From Podarcis gaigeae (Eukaryota): a DNA stretch of 64,000 nt. Shown here one piece after another: positions 13,563-24,028 of this stretch. Numbering within the stretch: the stretch's first letter is position 1; each line of letters opens with the position of its first letter. Both the position numbers and the translations under genes were made by a program. The notes below the pieces were generated by a model, which saw only the letters and a program-made list of their open reading frames with translations, had not been told where the DNA came from and did no database searches. The stretch is taken from NCBI GenBank assembly GCA_964106915.2, contig OZ066916.1; one strand, written 5' to 3'.

Positions 13563-14060
13563 CTTCAGCTGTTCGGTGGATGGCGCTTGCAGTGCCTTAA
13601 GTGTGACAAGGCCTATTAGGAACTGCAACCATGCTTCAAGCATACTTGGCTTTCCCACTCCTGGGGTGATTGCAGCCTATTAAACGGCATCTGGGAAGAT
13701 TTTCCTCCAGCAATCTCTGATCAAGAGCTTTTTTGGGCTTTGACCTGCATTTCCTTCAAGACTTTCTCCAAGGAGTTTTATAAGAGCAAAAACTCCAGAG
13801 GATTTATAGCCACTTCTGATTAATACCTTTTCAGGGTGGTTTCTCCCCCCCCCCCTCTTTGCAACTCTCCCACTGCTACATGGAGAAAAGCTTTCATTGT
13901 TCCTAAGGTGCTTATTTGTGACCTTTTCTCTGCTTTTCTGATTCCCTCTAACATGTTCTCGGTGAAATCCTTGGTGTGTAACCAAGACAGTTGCCGGGTT
14001 GCTACAGATTTAGAGAGCAAGTGGCTTTTAAGGTAAAAAATAAAAAATATTTCCCATATA

Positions 14061-14063
<3 letters not shown>

Positions 14064-14108
<45 letters not shown>
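14064..14108. repeat. (TA)n microsatellite
   Basis: about 22 TA units. Confidence 1.
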
Positions 14109-14111
<3 letters not shown>

Positions 14112-14709
14112 TGCAACATCTCCCATTTAAAATTTTCAAAAGTGATGTGTCAAAAGCCATTAGCAGCACCACTAAAATCAGCAATTGCACATTCCAGGGG
14201 GAAAGTGAAATTAATAGACAGCTACTGTGTGGTTCTAAATGGTGAACCAAGATTAAAGACAATTCGGGACTCATTCACACGACCATGCTTATATATGTGA
14301 ATCTAAGGAGCTGCTTTCTACTCTCAGGTTGCTGGCCCATCTAATCCCAGAATTGCCTTTTCCACTTAGCATGGCTTTTTCAAAGATGCCTGGGATCAAA
14401 CTTTGGATGAAAAATCCCATGGGCAGAGTATTGGGGGAGTTCCGTTATGCAAGCAGAAGTTATCCTGCTCCCACAATTATTTAGCTGAATACCACCCTAT
14501 GCCACACTGACTCAATTTATAGATAGATACTCAATGAGTTTTTACATGGATCACCCCACCCTCCATTGGTTAGACTGAATTTCAAAACATTAACAAATAT
14601 ATTTACTTGAATTTATTTATCACAGGTCTTTTAAAAAACAACAACCCTGATTTAAGACCCTATGTGTACTGTTCAACACTGGCTCTCTTTAATTTATCCC
14701 AAATATAAA

Positions 14710-14975
14710 AGAATGTAAGAAAAACCATCTTGGAGAAGACGATGAGACCATCAGGTTTAGCATGCTATTTCAAACAGCGGGCAATCACAATTTCCTGGAA
14801 AGCCTACAAGCAGCCCTATCCTGCTTTCATCCCTCTGTCCCTCTGTACACTGCCTCTAGAAACAGAGTTTCTATTTAGCCCTGCTAGACAAATTCTTGCA
14901 GGATAAATCTAATTCACATTTAAAGAATTTTAAGAAGTGGCCATTGCCACACTTTGCGGCAGCCAGTTTCATACA
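14710..14975 (-). mobile_element. old CR1 3' fragment
   Basis: degenerate reverse complement of the CR1 3'UTR and ORF2 end (gaatgtaagaa...gtggccattgccacactttgcggcagccagtttcat). Confidence 0.45.
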
Positions 14976-15026
14976 TTTTAACTGGTGGTACCTGTGTTAT
15001 GCAATGCACTCTCTGCTGAAATATAA

Positions 15027-16400
15027 GCGGTCCCATCTGTATTGGCATTCCGTCGGCTTTTGAAGGCACGCCTGTTTACACAGGCATTCTCCTGTTTTAA
15101 TTGCTGTGCTGCTTTACTGTGATTGTTTTAGTGCACATTTTAATCATAGGTGTTGATGTTTTACTGTTTTAATATGATTGTTTTTAATAATGGCATGTTT
15201 TTAATTATTCTGTATTTTGTTGTTGTTTAGTCATTTAGTTGTGTTCGACTCTTCGTGACCCCATGGACCAGAGCACGCCAGGCGCTTCAGTCTTCCACTG
15301 CCTCCCCAGTTTGGTCAAACTCATGTTGGTAGCTTCAAGAACACTATCCAACCATCTCGTCCTCTGCCGTCCCCTTCTCCTTGAGCCCTCAATCTTTCCC
15401 AACATCAGGGTCTTTTCCAGGGCGTCTTCTCTTCTCATGAGGTGGCCCAAGTATTGGAGCCTCAGCTTCAGGATCTGTCCTTCCAGTGAGCACTCAGGGC
15501 TGATTTCCTTCAGAATGGATAGGTTTGATCTTCTTGCAGTCCATGGGACTCTCCAGAGTCTCCTCCAGCACCATAATTCAAAAGCATCAGTTATTTGGTG
15601 ATCAGCCTTCTTTATGGTCCAGCTCTCACTTCTATACATCAGTACTGGGAAAACCATAGCTTTAAGTATATGGACCTTTGTCGGCAAGGTGATGTCTCTG
15701 ATTTTTAAGATGCTGTCTAGGTTTGTCATCGCTTTTCTCCCAAGAAGCAGGAGTCTTTTAATTTTGTGACTGCTGTCACCATCTGCAGTGATCATGGAGC
15801 CACGAAAGTAAAATCTCTCACTGCCTCCATTTCTTCCCCTTCTATTTGCTAGGAGATGATGGGACTAGTGGCCATGATCTTAGTTTTTTTGATGTTGAGC
15901 TTCAGACCATATTTTGCACTCTCCTCTTTCACCCTCATTAAGAGGTTCTTTAATTCCTCCTCATTTTCTGCCATCAAGGTTGTGTCATCTACATATCTGA
16001 GGTTGTTTATATTTCTTCCGGCAATCTTAATTCCGGCTAGGGATTCATTCAGTCCAACCTTTCGCATGATGAATTCTGCATGTAAGTTAAATAAGCAGGG
16101 AGACAATATACAGCCTTGTCATACTCCTTTCCCAAGTTTGAACCAATCAGTTGTTTCATATCCAGTTCTGACTGTAGCTTCTTGTCCCACATAGAGATTT
16201 CCCAGGAGACAGATGAGGTGATCAGGCACTCCCATTTCTTTAAGAGCTTGCCATAGTTTGCTGTGGTCGACACAGTCAAAGGCTTTTGCGTAGTCCGTAT
16301 TTTAACAATGCACAATTGGTTTTTATGGTTTGGGAGCAGCTTAGAAGCGATCTTTGCATTAAGCAGTATACACATTCATCATCATCATCATATTAATAAC
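15027..16400 (+). mobile_element. L2 3' end/UTR split by a Bov-B insertion
   Basis: ctttgaaggcacgcctgtttacacaggcatt, then T-rich UTR to about 15216; resumes at about 16297 with gcagcttagaag...aagcagtatac and a (CAT)n tail. Confidence 0.55.
15217..16295 (-). mobile_element. Bov-B (RTE clade) LINE, 5'-truncated, with disrupted RT/C-terminal coding sequence
   Basis: translation DYAKAFDCVDHSKLW, SPCLFNL, NNLRYVDDTTL, DAFELWCWRR, LMLGKIEG; 3' end ccatggggtcacgaagagtcgaacac and (CAA)n tail; in-frame stop at about 15849; possible TSD gtatttt. Confidence 0.95.
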
Positions 16401-17249
16401 AATAAACTATGAGTTATCCGATGATACCAATGAGCAAATTCCTGAGCAGTTAAAACAATAAATAAAAAGATTTGCTGTTCTTCATGGTCCTGGTCCAGTG
16501 CTGCCTCAGGCAAACATCAAAGCAAAAATCAGACGGAATTATGGTTTGTATGTGATAGCAAGACATAGCTTAAAAAACTACAGTTTACTATAAACATGCA
16601 ACCATAAATGGTGGTGCACACTGTTCAAATCACATTTGTACTTCTCCTCCTTTCCCCAGGTGGTTGGAAACACTGGCTCAGTGAACCAGCAGTCATGGTA
16701 TGTTTTTCTCCAAACAAAACACAGGAGGAATCCGAGGGCATAATATATGAGTACATTTTGCTTGCTTATGGCAAGCCATAGTTTGTCCATCTATGTTTAC
16801 TTACCATTACATGTGGGCAGGGCACTGTCTTCAAGAAAAATACAAAAAGGTAGATAAGATTTTTTTTTAAAGACAAAAATAATTGTCAGTGACACACTGC
16901 AGTCTGAATTTCACAAGAAGTTTGTGTGAAAATACATGAGGTAGCACTTTTCATGTTTTAAGATGCTATTTTGCTAATACGGTGAACAGAGCAAGTAATC
17001 GCTGGGTTAAAAGAGAAAATCTCTCAACAAGTAGCAGTGTTTTCTCCAAGGTCACCAATTACTTTTTTAAACACAGCCCTGGATCACTTCATGGTTCACC
17101 TGTTTTAACTTGTCCAACCTGCCTCCTCTTGATGTGAACGGACTTTTAATGGTATTTCTGTACTTGTGTAGAAAATTTCCAATAAATCCTTATACACACT
17201 CTTTTTTTATATGAAAAAAAGTTGACTGAAGAACTCTTTGCCCCTTTCT

Positions 17250-17470
17250 GGGCTGTATCCACCTAAGTCATTGACCAAGTAAAACCATTTCCACCTGTGC
17301 AGTGGAACTTCTCTCTGAACTCCCATGTGATCCTCACACCTCCCTAAAATCTCTGGGAGCTTCTCCCAGGCCTCCTGAACAGACTGTGGGGGTAGAAAAG
17401 GGAAAGGGGAAATTTTGTTGTGCAACCAGAAGTTGTTTCACTTGCACGATTACTTAGTTGGATTTAGTCC
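17250..17470. mobile_element. non-autonomous DNA element (MITE)
   Basis: terminal inverted repeats gggctgtatccacctaagt / acttagttggatttagtcc; a related internal sequence recurs at about 62535-62720. Confidence 0.6.
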
Positions 17471-17670
17471 TCTAACCTCAGTGTCCCTTCCAACCCTAGA
17501 ATTCTATGATTCTGTGATTCCATGTTTTTATGAAACCTCAAGCTCTAGTATAATAAGAAAATGAGAAAAAAGTATCTCTGCTCACATTTTCCTTATCATT
17601 CATAATTTCAACTTTGTTTTGAACCTTTTATAGTCCGTCACCACGTGAGGCTATTCAAAAGACTGCCTGT

Positions 17671-17700
17671 GTAGCAGTAGTCGTTGTTGTAGTAGTAGTA

Positions 17701-17753
<53 letters not shown>
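17671..17753. repeat. (GTA)n/(TAA)n microsatellite (L2 tail)
   Basis: compound trinucleotide repeat abutting an L2 3' end. Confidence 0.95.
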
Positions 17754-18137
17754 TTATTATTTATACCCCGCCCATCTGGCTGGGCTTCCCCAGCCACTAT
17801 GTGGGGCTTCCAACAAAATATTAAAATACAGTAATGCATCAAACATTAAAAGCTTCCCTAAACAGGGCTGCCTTCAGATGTCTTCTAAAAGTCTGGTAGT
17901 TGTTTTTCTCTTTGACATCTGGTGGGAGGGCGTTCCACAGGGCGGGTGCCAGTACCAAGAAGGCCCTCTGCCTGGTTCCCTATAACTTGGCTTCTCGCAG
18001 TGAGGGAACCATCAGAAGGCCCTCAGCGCTGGACCTCAGTGTCCGGGTAGAACGATGGGGGTGGAGACGCTCCTTCAGATATACTGGGCCAAGGCCGTTT
18101 AGGGCTTCAAAGGTCAGCACCAACACTTTGAATTGTG
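17754..18137 (-). mobile_element. L2 LINE 3' fragment
   Basis: minus strand encodes QFKVLVLTF..LNGLGPVYLKE...RAFLVLAPALWNALP...; 3'UTR ccagccagatgggcggggtataaat; very similar to 57536-58234. Confidence 0.9.
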
Positions 18138-19154
18138 TCTATTTGAGGTTTCCAATGCTTTAAGATTGGGGTTCATAAGCTCTGCTCATTGGACCAGTTT
18201 GACAGGTGAGCACAAGAGACAGGACCTTCTCTGCAATTTGGGTCATTTGGATGCAGTAGTCAGAAAAACTTTTTAAGATGTACATTTTTCAACTGAGTTT
18301 TGGCTGATATTTCCTTTGGAAATACTGCTGTTTCGTTGTTTTGCTGCTGTGGCTTTTTGGAATTGTTTTATGTTGGTTTATATTTTATGATCTTCTTGTT
18401 TTTGCATTTAGAATCTTGAAAGTTTTATTGTGGTGTGTGATGGTGTTTCGTTATATGCTTGGACTACTGCTTTCTGACTTGGGTAGACATGGTCCAGAAA
18501 GGCAGCCTATAAATATTTTTATTTATTTACATTTTCAGGCACGGCCTTTCATCATCCTTTCTCCCCTCCCGCTAAACTTGCAATCTCCAAATGTTTTCTT
18601 TTCCCTCATGAAAAAGAGGCTACAACTCTTTGGTCATTCTGATGGAGTTTTTGTTTTTTTAATGATTCTCTTTTTATGATGGGCAGGCCAGATCAGTCCA
18701 CAGTGCTTCATATGCAGTACATTGTAGGCTTACATGAAGCCGTTGTGAAATTCGCCATGATATTTTTAATCCTTTTCATAATAATCCATTTTACAAATAA
18801 ATTTTATTAATTCAAAATATTGCAAAAGAGGCAATTCTACCAACCACGGGTGACTTTTTTCAGATGGGACATTTAAAGGTGCATGTCTACAAGATATCAG
18901 GATGTTGATGGAACGCGGCTCTAGTTCTCTGTAGCTTTTGAAGGTGTTGTTAACAACAACTTGGGGGTACCGCAGCTTTGCCAACGGAGGCTCAAGTGCC
19001 TTCATTGTCCAGCAGTGCCTTTAACAAGCTTTAACTAATATATCACTATGACAATTCGTGGACAGTGATAACTTGGCAAGTAGAGTCCAGTCATTGGCAA
19101 CTTCTTGACTTGACTACTACAGTGCACTCTATATATCTCACAACCTCAGAGAAG

Positions 19155-19484
19155 TATACCTGAAGGAGCATCTCTACCCGCATCATTCTGACTGGACACT
19201 GAGGTCCAGCGCCGAGGACCTTCTGGTGATTCCCTCACTGCGAGAAGAGCCAAGTTACAGGGAACCAGGCAGAGGGCCTTCTCGGTAGTGGCACCCTCCC
19301 ATCAGATCTCAAGGAAATAAGCAACTTTCTGACTTTGGAAGATGTCTGAAGGCAGCCCTGTTTAGGGAGGTTTTTAATGACTGATGTTGTAATGTATTTT
19401 TAATCTTTGTTGGAAGCCCAGAGTGGCTGGGGAAACCCAGCCAGATGGGTGGGGTATAAATAATAAATTGTTATTGTTATTATT
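19155..19484 (+). mobile_element. L2 LINE 3' fragment
   Basis: same family as 17754-18137 (tacctgaaggagcatctc...ggaaccaggcagagggccttctc...ggggtataaataataaatt). Confidence 0.9.
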
Positions 19485-19669
19485 GGGCTGCCCTTGAATC
19501 TGGCCCAAAAGATGAAGCTGGAGCAAAACACTGCAGCACTGTTGCTCTCTGTGGCAACCTATCAACAATGTGTGACTCCTCAAGTGAAAGCATAGCACTG
19601 GAATTTTGCACATTGCATTTGCTACAGAGCTGGATCCAAGCTTTTTCTACTGGTATATAAAGACCAATG

Positions 19670-19800
19670 TGGTTCTGGACCAAGATATCTGTCAAGCTGC
19701 CTTTCCTGTGTCTCTAGAACCTGCTTTGAGCACCAGGTCTCTGGAATCCCCTTTGCTCTGAAGTGAAGCAAGCCCCAGCATTCTTGTTTCCGATGCTTGC
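19670..19800 (-). mobile_element. highly degenerate CR1 ORF2 fragment
   Basis: reverse complement resembles the [16 protein letters not shown] region. Confidence 0.4.
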
Positions 19801-21054
19801 TGAACACGTTTCCTTTCTCCAAAGCCCTCCCAAATTTTCTGTTCCCATTTATGCAGTTTTAATTCCAATTCAATAGTGTGTTTTTTTAAGGTTTTAATGA
19901 TGTTGTACAATGTGTGTCGTATTTTAGATTCCATTTCCATACACTGCCTGGGTACTCTCTGAAATGCAGAGTGCTGCATAATTTTGAAATAAAGATATTT
20001 TAGTAAATAAAGATATTTAAGTAAATAAACCTCAGCAGAGGAGTGATCCCTAACACTGCAGAGCAGTTCAGAAAAGGTCTCTTTGAATGTCATATCTTTT
20101 TGCCTATCCTAAGTAGTCTCCAGCTGTACCCTCAGGTCAGTGTGAAAATGGTCTTTAAAGACATCCATTATAGCTCTTCTTCTGCTAAAATATGAAGTTT
20201 GCCATGAAGATTTGATGAGCCAAATTATATTTTCACTCTCTTTTCACTCATGTGAAGTCTTTTAATTTTGATAAATCTTACAGTGGTTTTCTCAAGCTAA
20301 ATCATATTAGTGTAAATAATGCATGTTTAGGGATCACTCGTCTATGAACATGCCGTGTTTAATTGACAAGGCCTGCACATTTTTGGATCTCTTTTAAGCA
20401 GGAACATAAACCACTTTCCACTTTCCATGTTTGTGTAGCAGTTTTCTTAAAGTAAAATAAAATCCACAAACATAACTGACACACTCCTCCCCCCCCAGCC
20501 CCAAGAAACCTTTTGCCTTTCAGACTGACTCAGGTGGTGGTGTCGTAATGCTAAAAGCTTTAAATGTGTAAAAACCTGCCTAATACTCCTATTAGTGACT
20601 CTTCTAATCTATGAAATGTAATAGCAGAAGTTTTAGATGAATGTCTCAGAGGTGGACCATTAAAAATAAATTGCCCAACCTAGGGGAGATTAGAATTAGC
20701 CTCCAACCTAGAAGCACCTTGGGGTGGTTGGGTGTGGAGCCAAATTCTGAAAGCCTGCGTTCCTATCAGGAACAGCATCAGCCTCAGCATTCTTACTAAT
20801 GAAGAGACAATAGCGGCAATCATTAGACTTAGCTGTGGATTTGTTTCCTCTAGGAAGCAAATATGCAAAGTGGGGAGGGAAAAATTAATCATGGCAGTAG
20901 GATTCCTGATTTGAAATGCTTTTGATTTTGAAACAGAAACAAGGCAAGAGGAGGGAGCCCTGGTAAACAGTAAACAAAGTACATCAAAGTCGGAGGAAGC
21001 AGTGAGGAGCAATTATGGTGTGTTTTAATTAACCATAATAATGCACAGAATGTT

Positions 21055-21240
21055 CACAACATAGCACCTTTTCATGTTCAAAGGGCTTTGCAAACTAGCT
21101 AATTAATGCCCACAACAGTCTTATGAGATAAGTAATTGTAGTTTCTCTCCCCGCACCCTCCCTTTTCTGTGTGGGCCAATGAGGTGCAGAGATAGGTGAC
21201 ATGGCCAAGGACAATGGAGTGTCAGTATCAGAACTCCACC
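21055..21240 (-). mobile_element. ancient MIR/CORE-SINE-like relic
   Basis: atagcaccttttcat...caaagggctttgcaaac...taattaatgcccacaaca...atgagataagta...tgaggtgcagaga...gtgacatggccaagg matches the recalled amniote MIR antisense pattern. Confidence 0.6.
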
Positions 21241-21295
21241 ATGTCTGGAATGCCTTAAGGGCCTAACTCTAAAAGAAAAAAGACATGCACACAAG

Positions 21296-21621
21296 CATGG
21301 GTAGGTAAACTAAGGCCCGGGGGCGGGATTCGACCCAATCACCTTTTTAATTCGGCCCGTGAACGGTCTGGGAATCAGCGTGTTTTTACACGAGTAGAAT
21401 GTGTCGTTTTATTTAAAATGCATCTCTGGCTTATTTGTGGGGCCTGCCTGGTGTTTTTACACAAGTAGAATGTGTGCTTTTATTTAAAATGCATCTCTGG
21501 GTTATTTGTGGGGCATGGGAATCCGTTCTTTCTCTCTTTTTTTTCAAAATATAGTCTGGCCCCCCACAAGGTCTGAGGGACAGCGGACCGGCCCCCTGCT
21601 GAAAAAGTTTGCTGACCCCTG
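21296..21621. mobile_element. hAT-Charlie non-autonomous element (OposCharlie1/OC1-like)
   Basis: termini catgggtaggtaaact / agtttgctgacccctg; subterminal ctgtccctcagacc...ggccagactata; degenerate 8-bp TSD cacacaag/aacatgag; internal tandem duplication of about 65 bp. Confidence 0.85.
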
Positions 21622-21692
21622 AACATGAGTCTGACTATAAGGTAACTGCACTAAGGCAGCAGTAGGCAATAGCTAGGCCCTATGAAACTAGC

Positions 21693-21789
21693 CCAACCTT
21701 CCCAAACCTGGTGTTTTTAACTAAAACATCCATCTGGATTAGTGTTGCCAGCCAAAACATATGGAGGGCACAAGACTGGGGAAGCCTGA
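21693..21789. mobile_element. short hAT-type MITE
   Basis: caaccttcccaaacctggtg ... atggagggcacaagactggggaagcctg; relatives at 23888-24028, 49658-49794 and 51403-51602. Confidence 0.6.
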
Positions 21790-21912
21790 ACTAGTTGATT
21801 AACTGTATCTCATAAGAGAGTTTCAGACAAGGAGCAGAAGGAATCAGAAGCTGCATTGTACAGAATCAGACCATTTGCCCACTGAACCCAATGTCCTTGA
21901 CACTGAGGTTGT

Positions 21913-22045
21913 GTACTCGCCTTCCCTTGAGGTTTTTAAGCAGAGGCTGGATGGCCATTGCCATGGATGCTTCAGCTGAGATTCCTGCATTGCAGGGGGT
22001 TGGCCCTTGGGGTCCCTTCCAACTCTACACATCTATGATTCTGTG
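21913..22045 (+). mobile_element. CR1 3' terminal fragment
   Basis: gaggtttttaagcagaggctggatggcca...gtcccttccaactctac...tatgattctgtga. Confidence 0.85.
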
Positions 22046-22182
22046 AGTGGCAGCAGCTCTTGAGAATCTGTGGCTGAGGTCTTTCAAGTCACATGCTGTG
22101 CTATCTGGTCATTTAACTGGAGACGCCAAGGAGTGAATTTGCAGCCTTCTACACACAAAACATACACTGTATTACTTAGCTA
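22046..22182 (-). mobile_element. tRNA-derived SINE (Squam3-like), degenerate
   Basis: reverse complement gtagctaagt...gtagaaggctgcaaattcactccttggcgtctccagttaa...gagctgctgcca. Confidence 0.55.
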
Positions 22183-22210
22183 CTTAGGTTTCTAGCGGGT
22201 CCCCCATAAC

Positions 22211-22530
22211 TTCTTTCTTCTTCTTTGGCAATCACTCGTAACCGAGTAAATTTGTCTTCCGTAAACACGGTTTTAGCAATGAGTCTGTAAGTGAATGTGG
22301 AGGCCAATTCTGGATCCACACGTCCTTCCGCAGTGGGGACATTGGTTTCCTGGCGGGAGTTGATCACAATGTGGATTTGCCAAGCATGCCTTCCTCCTAG
22401 GTTTCTCCCTTGCTTCCTGAGTTTGAGTGTCTTCAAAGCCCATGACACCTTTGGTAAAGCTGTTCTCCAACTGGAGCGATCACAGGCCAGTGTTTCCCAA
22501 TTGTCAGTGTTTATACTACATTTTTTTTGC
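22211..22530 (-). mobile_element. RTE-clade LINE 3' fragment (non-Bov-B family)
   Basis: encodes C-terminal C2H2-like CPHCGRTCGSRIGLHIHLQTH; (GAA)n tail; same family as 59985-60904. Confidence 0.9.
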
Positions 22531-22740
22531 CACTAGTAGAGCCACACCCAGACCTTTTTAGCATTTGCAAGGGCACTGCACTGTGTGACATCAGACTTGG
22601 GCCTGGGACTAGAAATATATACCGTAATGGGAGTCATTGATAGTTGATGCTCCATGTAGGGTTGCCAGTTTTTCAACCGTAGTGCCTTCGTCAGCAAGAA
22701 TTCTCAGGTGAAGCTTTTTCCACCATAAATGTAAGGATTA

Positions 22741-23660
22741 AAGGTAAAAGGTAAAGGGACCCCTGACCATTAGGTCCAGTTGCAGATGACTTTGAGGTTG
22801 CGGCGCTCATCTCACTTTATTGGCTGAGGGAGCCGGCATACAGCTTCCAGGTCATGTGGCCAGCATGACTAAGCCGCTTCTGGCGAACCAGAGCAGCACA
22901 TGGAAACGCTGTTTACCTTCCCACCAGAGCAGGGGCGGCGACTTATAAAAAATATTGGGGGGGCCCATACCGGGGTCCTCGCCAAAAGATCCTGGCTGCG
23001 GGGCGCAATTCAGGAGGGCTCGGCTGGCCGGGCCCAGGCCCGCGGGGCTCCTCCGCGCTCCCCTCCCCCGGCCGGGCAGCGCCTGCAAAGGCTGCGGGCT
23101 CCGCTGCACCTCCGTCTCTCTTTCCACTGGTAGCGAGAGCGGGTGGGAGGAGGCCACCCGGGAGCCGGAACCGGGCACCAAATAAGGAGAGCGGGGCGGG
23201 CCTGGATCCTGGCCTTGTTTGGCGCTTCCCCATGGCCGGTGGCCCAGCCAAACTCGCGGCGGCGGCAAGGCGATGCCCGCGCAGGGAGGCGCCCACCCCT
23301 CGGCCCCCGCCCGGCGCTGCCGCCCCAGCACCTGCCCGCTCCTCCCAAGGGGCCTCCTCTCCCTCCCGCCTCTTCGCAGCAGTAATATAATTTTCTTAAA
23401 TTATTGGGGGGGCAGAGCCCCCCCAAATGAATTTTTGAGGGGGCTCGGGCCCCCTCAGGCCCCATGGAGTCGCCGCCTATGCACCAGAGTGGTACCTATT
23501 TATCTACTTGCACTTTGATGTGCTTTCGAACTGCTAGGTGGGCAGGAGCAGGGACCGAGCAACAGGAGCTCACCCCGTCACAGGGATTCAAACCACTGAC
23601 CTTCTGATCAGCCTAGGTTTAACCCACCTGTGGTTTAATCCACAGCACCACCCGCATCCC
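22741..23660 (-). mobile_element. full-length Sauria SINE interrupted by a hAT element
   Basis: (AAGGTA)n tail at 22741, head ending ...cccgcatccc at 23660, 13-bp TSD aatgtaaggatta at 22728-22740 and 23662-23674. Confidence 0.95.
22930..23481. mobile_element. GC-rich non-autonomous hAT-type element
   Basis: TIR caggggcggcgact / agtcgccgcctatg; perfect 8-bp TSD caccagag at 22922-22929 and 23482-23489; CpG-rich core. Confidence 0.92.
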
Positions 23661-23887
23661 TAATGTAAGGATTATCAACTGTGAATTGTTGACAATTCAG
23701 CCCCCTGAAAGGCTACAGTAGCCAATGAAAACTCTAAAGTCACTATTTTCCAAATTAACTTGCCGTAAAGCCAGTTACTCATTAAAGAGGTACAAATTTC
23801 CCCACAGGAGTCAGCAGAGCTGTCATGAAGAACACATCAACACTGAAAACAAATACAGGTGCTATGAGAGATGTTTGGGCTCTTGCA

Positions 23888-24028
23888 GAGCTAGCTACCC
23901 TGTGCCTCTCAAGATGCTGTTGAACTCCAACTCCCATCATCCCAAGCTAGCATGACCAGTGGTCAGGGCTGATGGGTGCTGGATGGAGTCCAACAACATC
24001 TGGAGGGCCACAGGTTAGCTACCTCTTA
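23888..24028. mobile_element. short hAT-type MITE
   Basis: aactccaactcccatcatcc...ggagtccaacaacatctggagggccacaggttagcta with subterminal inverted repeats. Confidence 0.65.

Noticed and set aside
19989-20030. Short tandem repeat (aaataaagatattt...) and similar duplications at 49556-49585, considered as CRISPR-like arrays
   Set aside because: Two-unit slippage duplications with no spacers; eukaryotic DNA
22852-23518. Overlapping Pro/Gly/Ala/Arg-rich ORFs, and the idea of a native CpG-island promoter here
   Set aside because: The frames are open because of extreme GC content; the segment has TIRs and a TSD and sits inside a SINE, so it is an insertion, not an ancestral local gene
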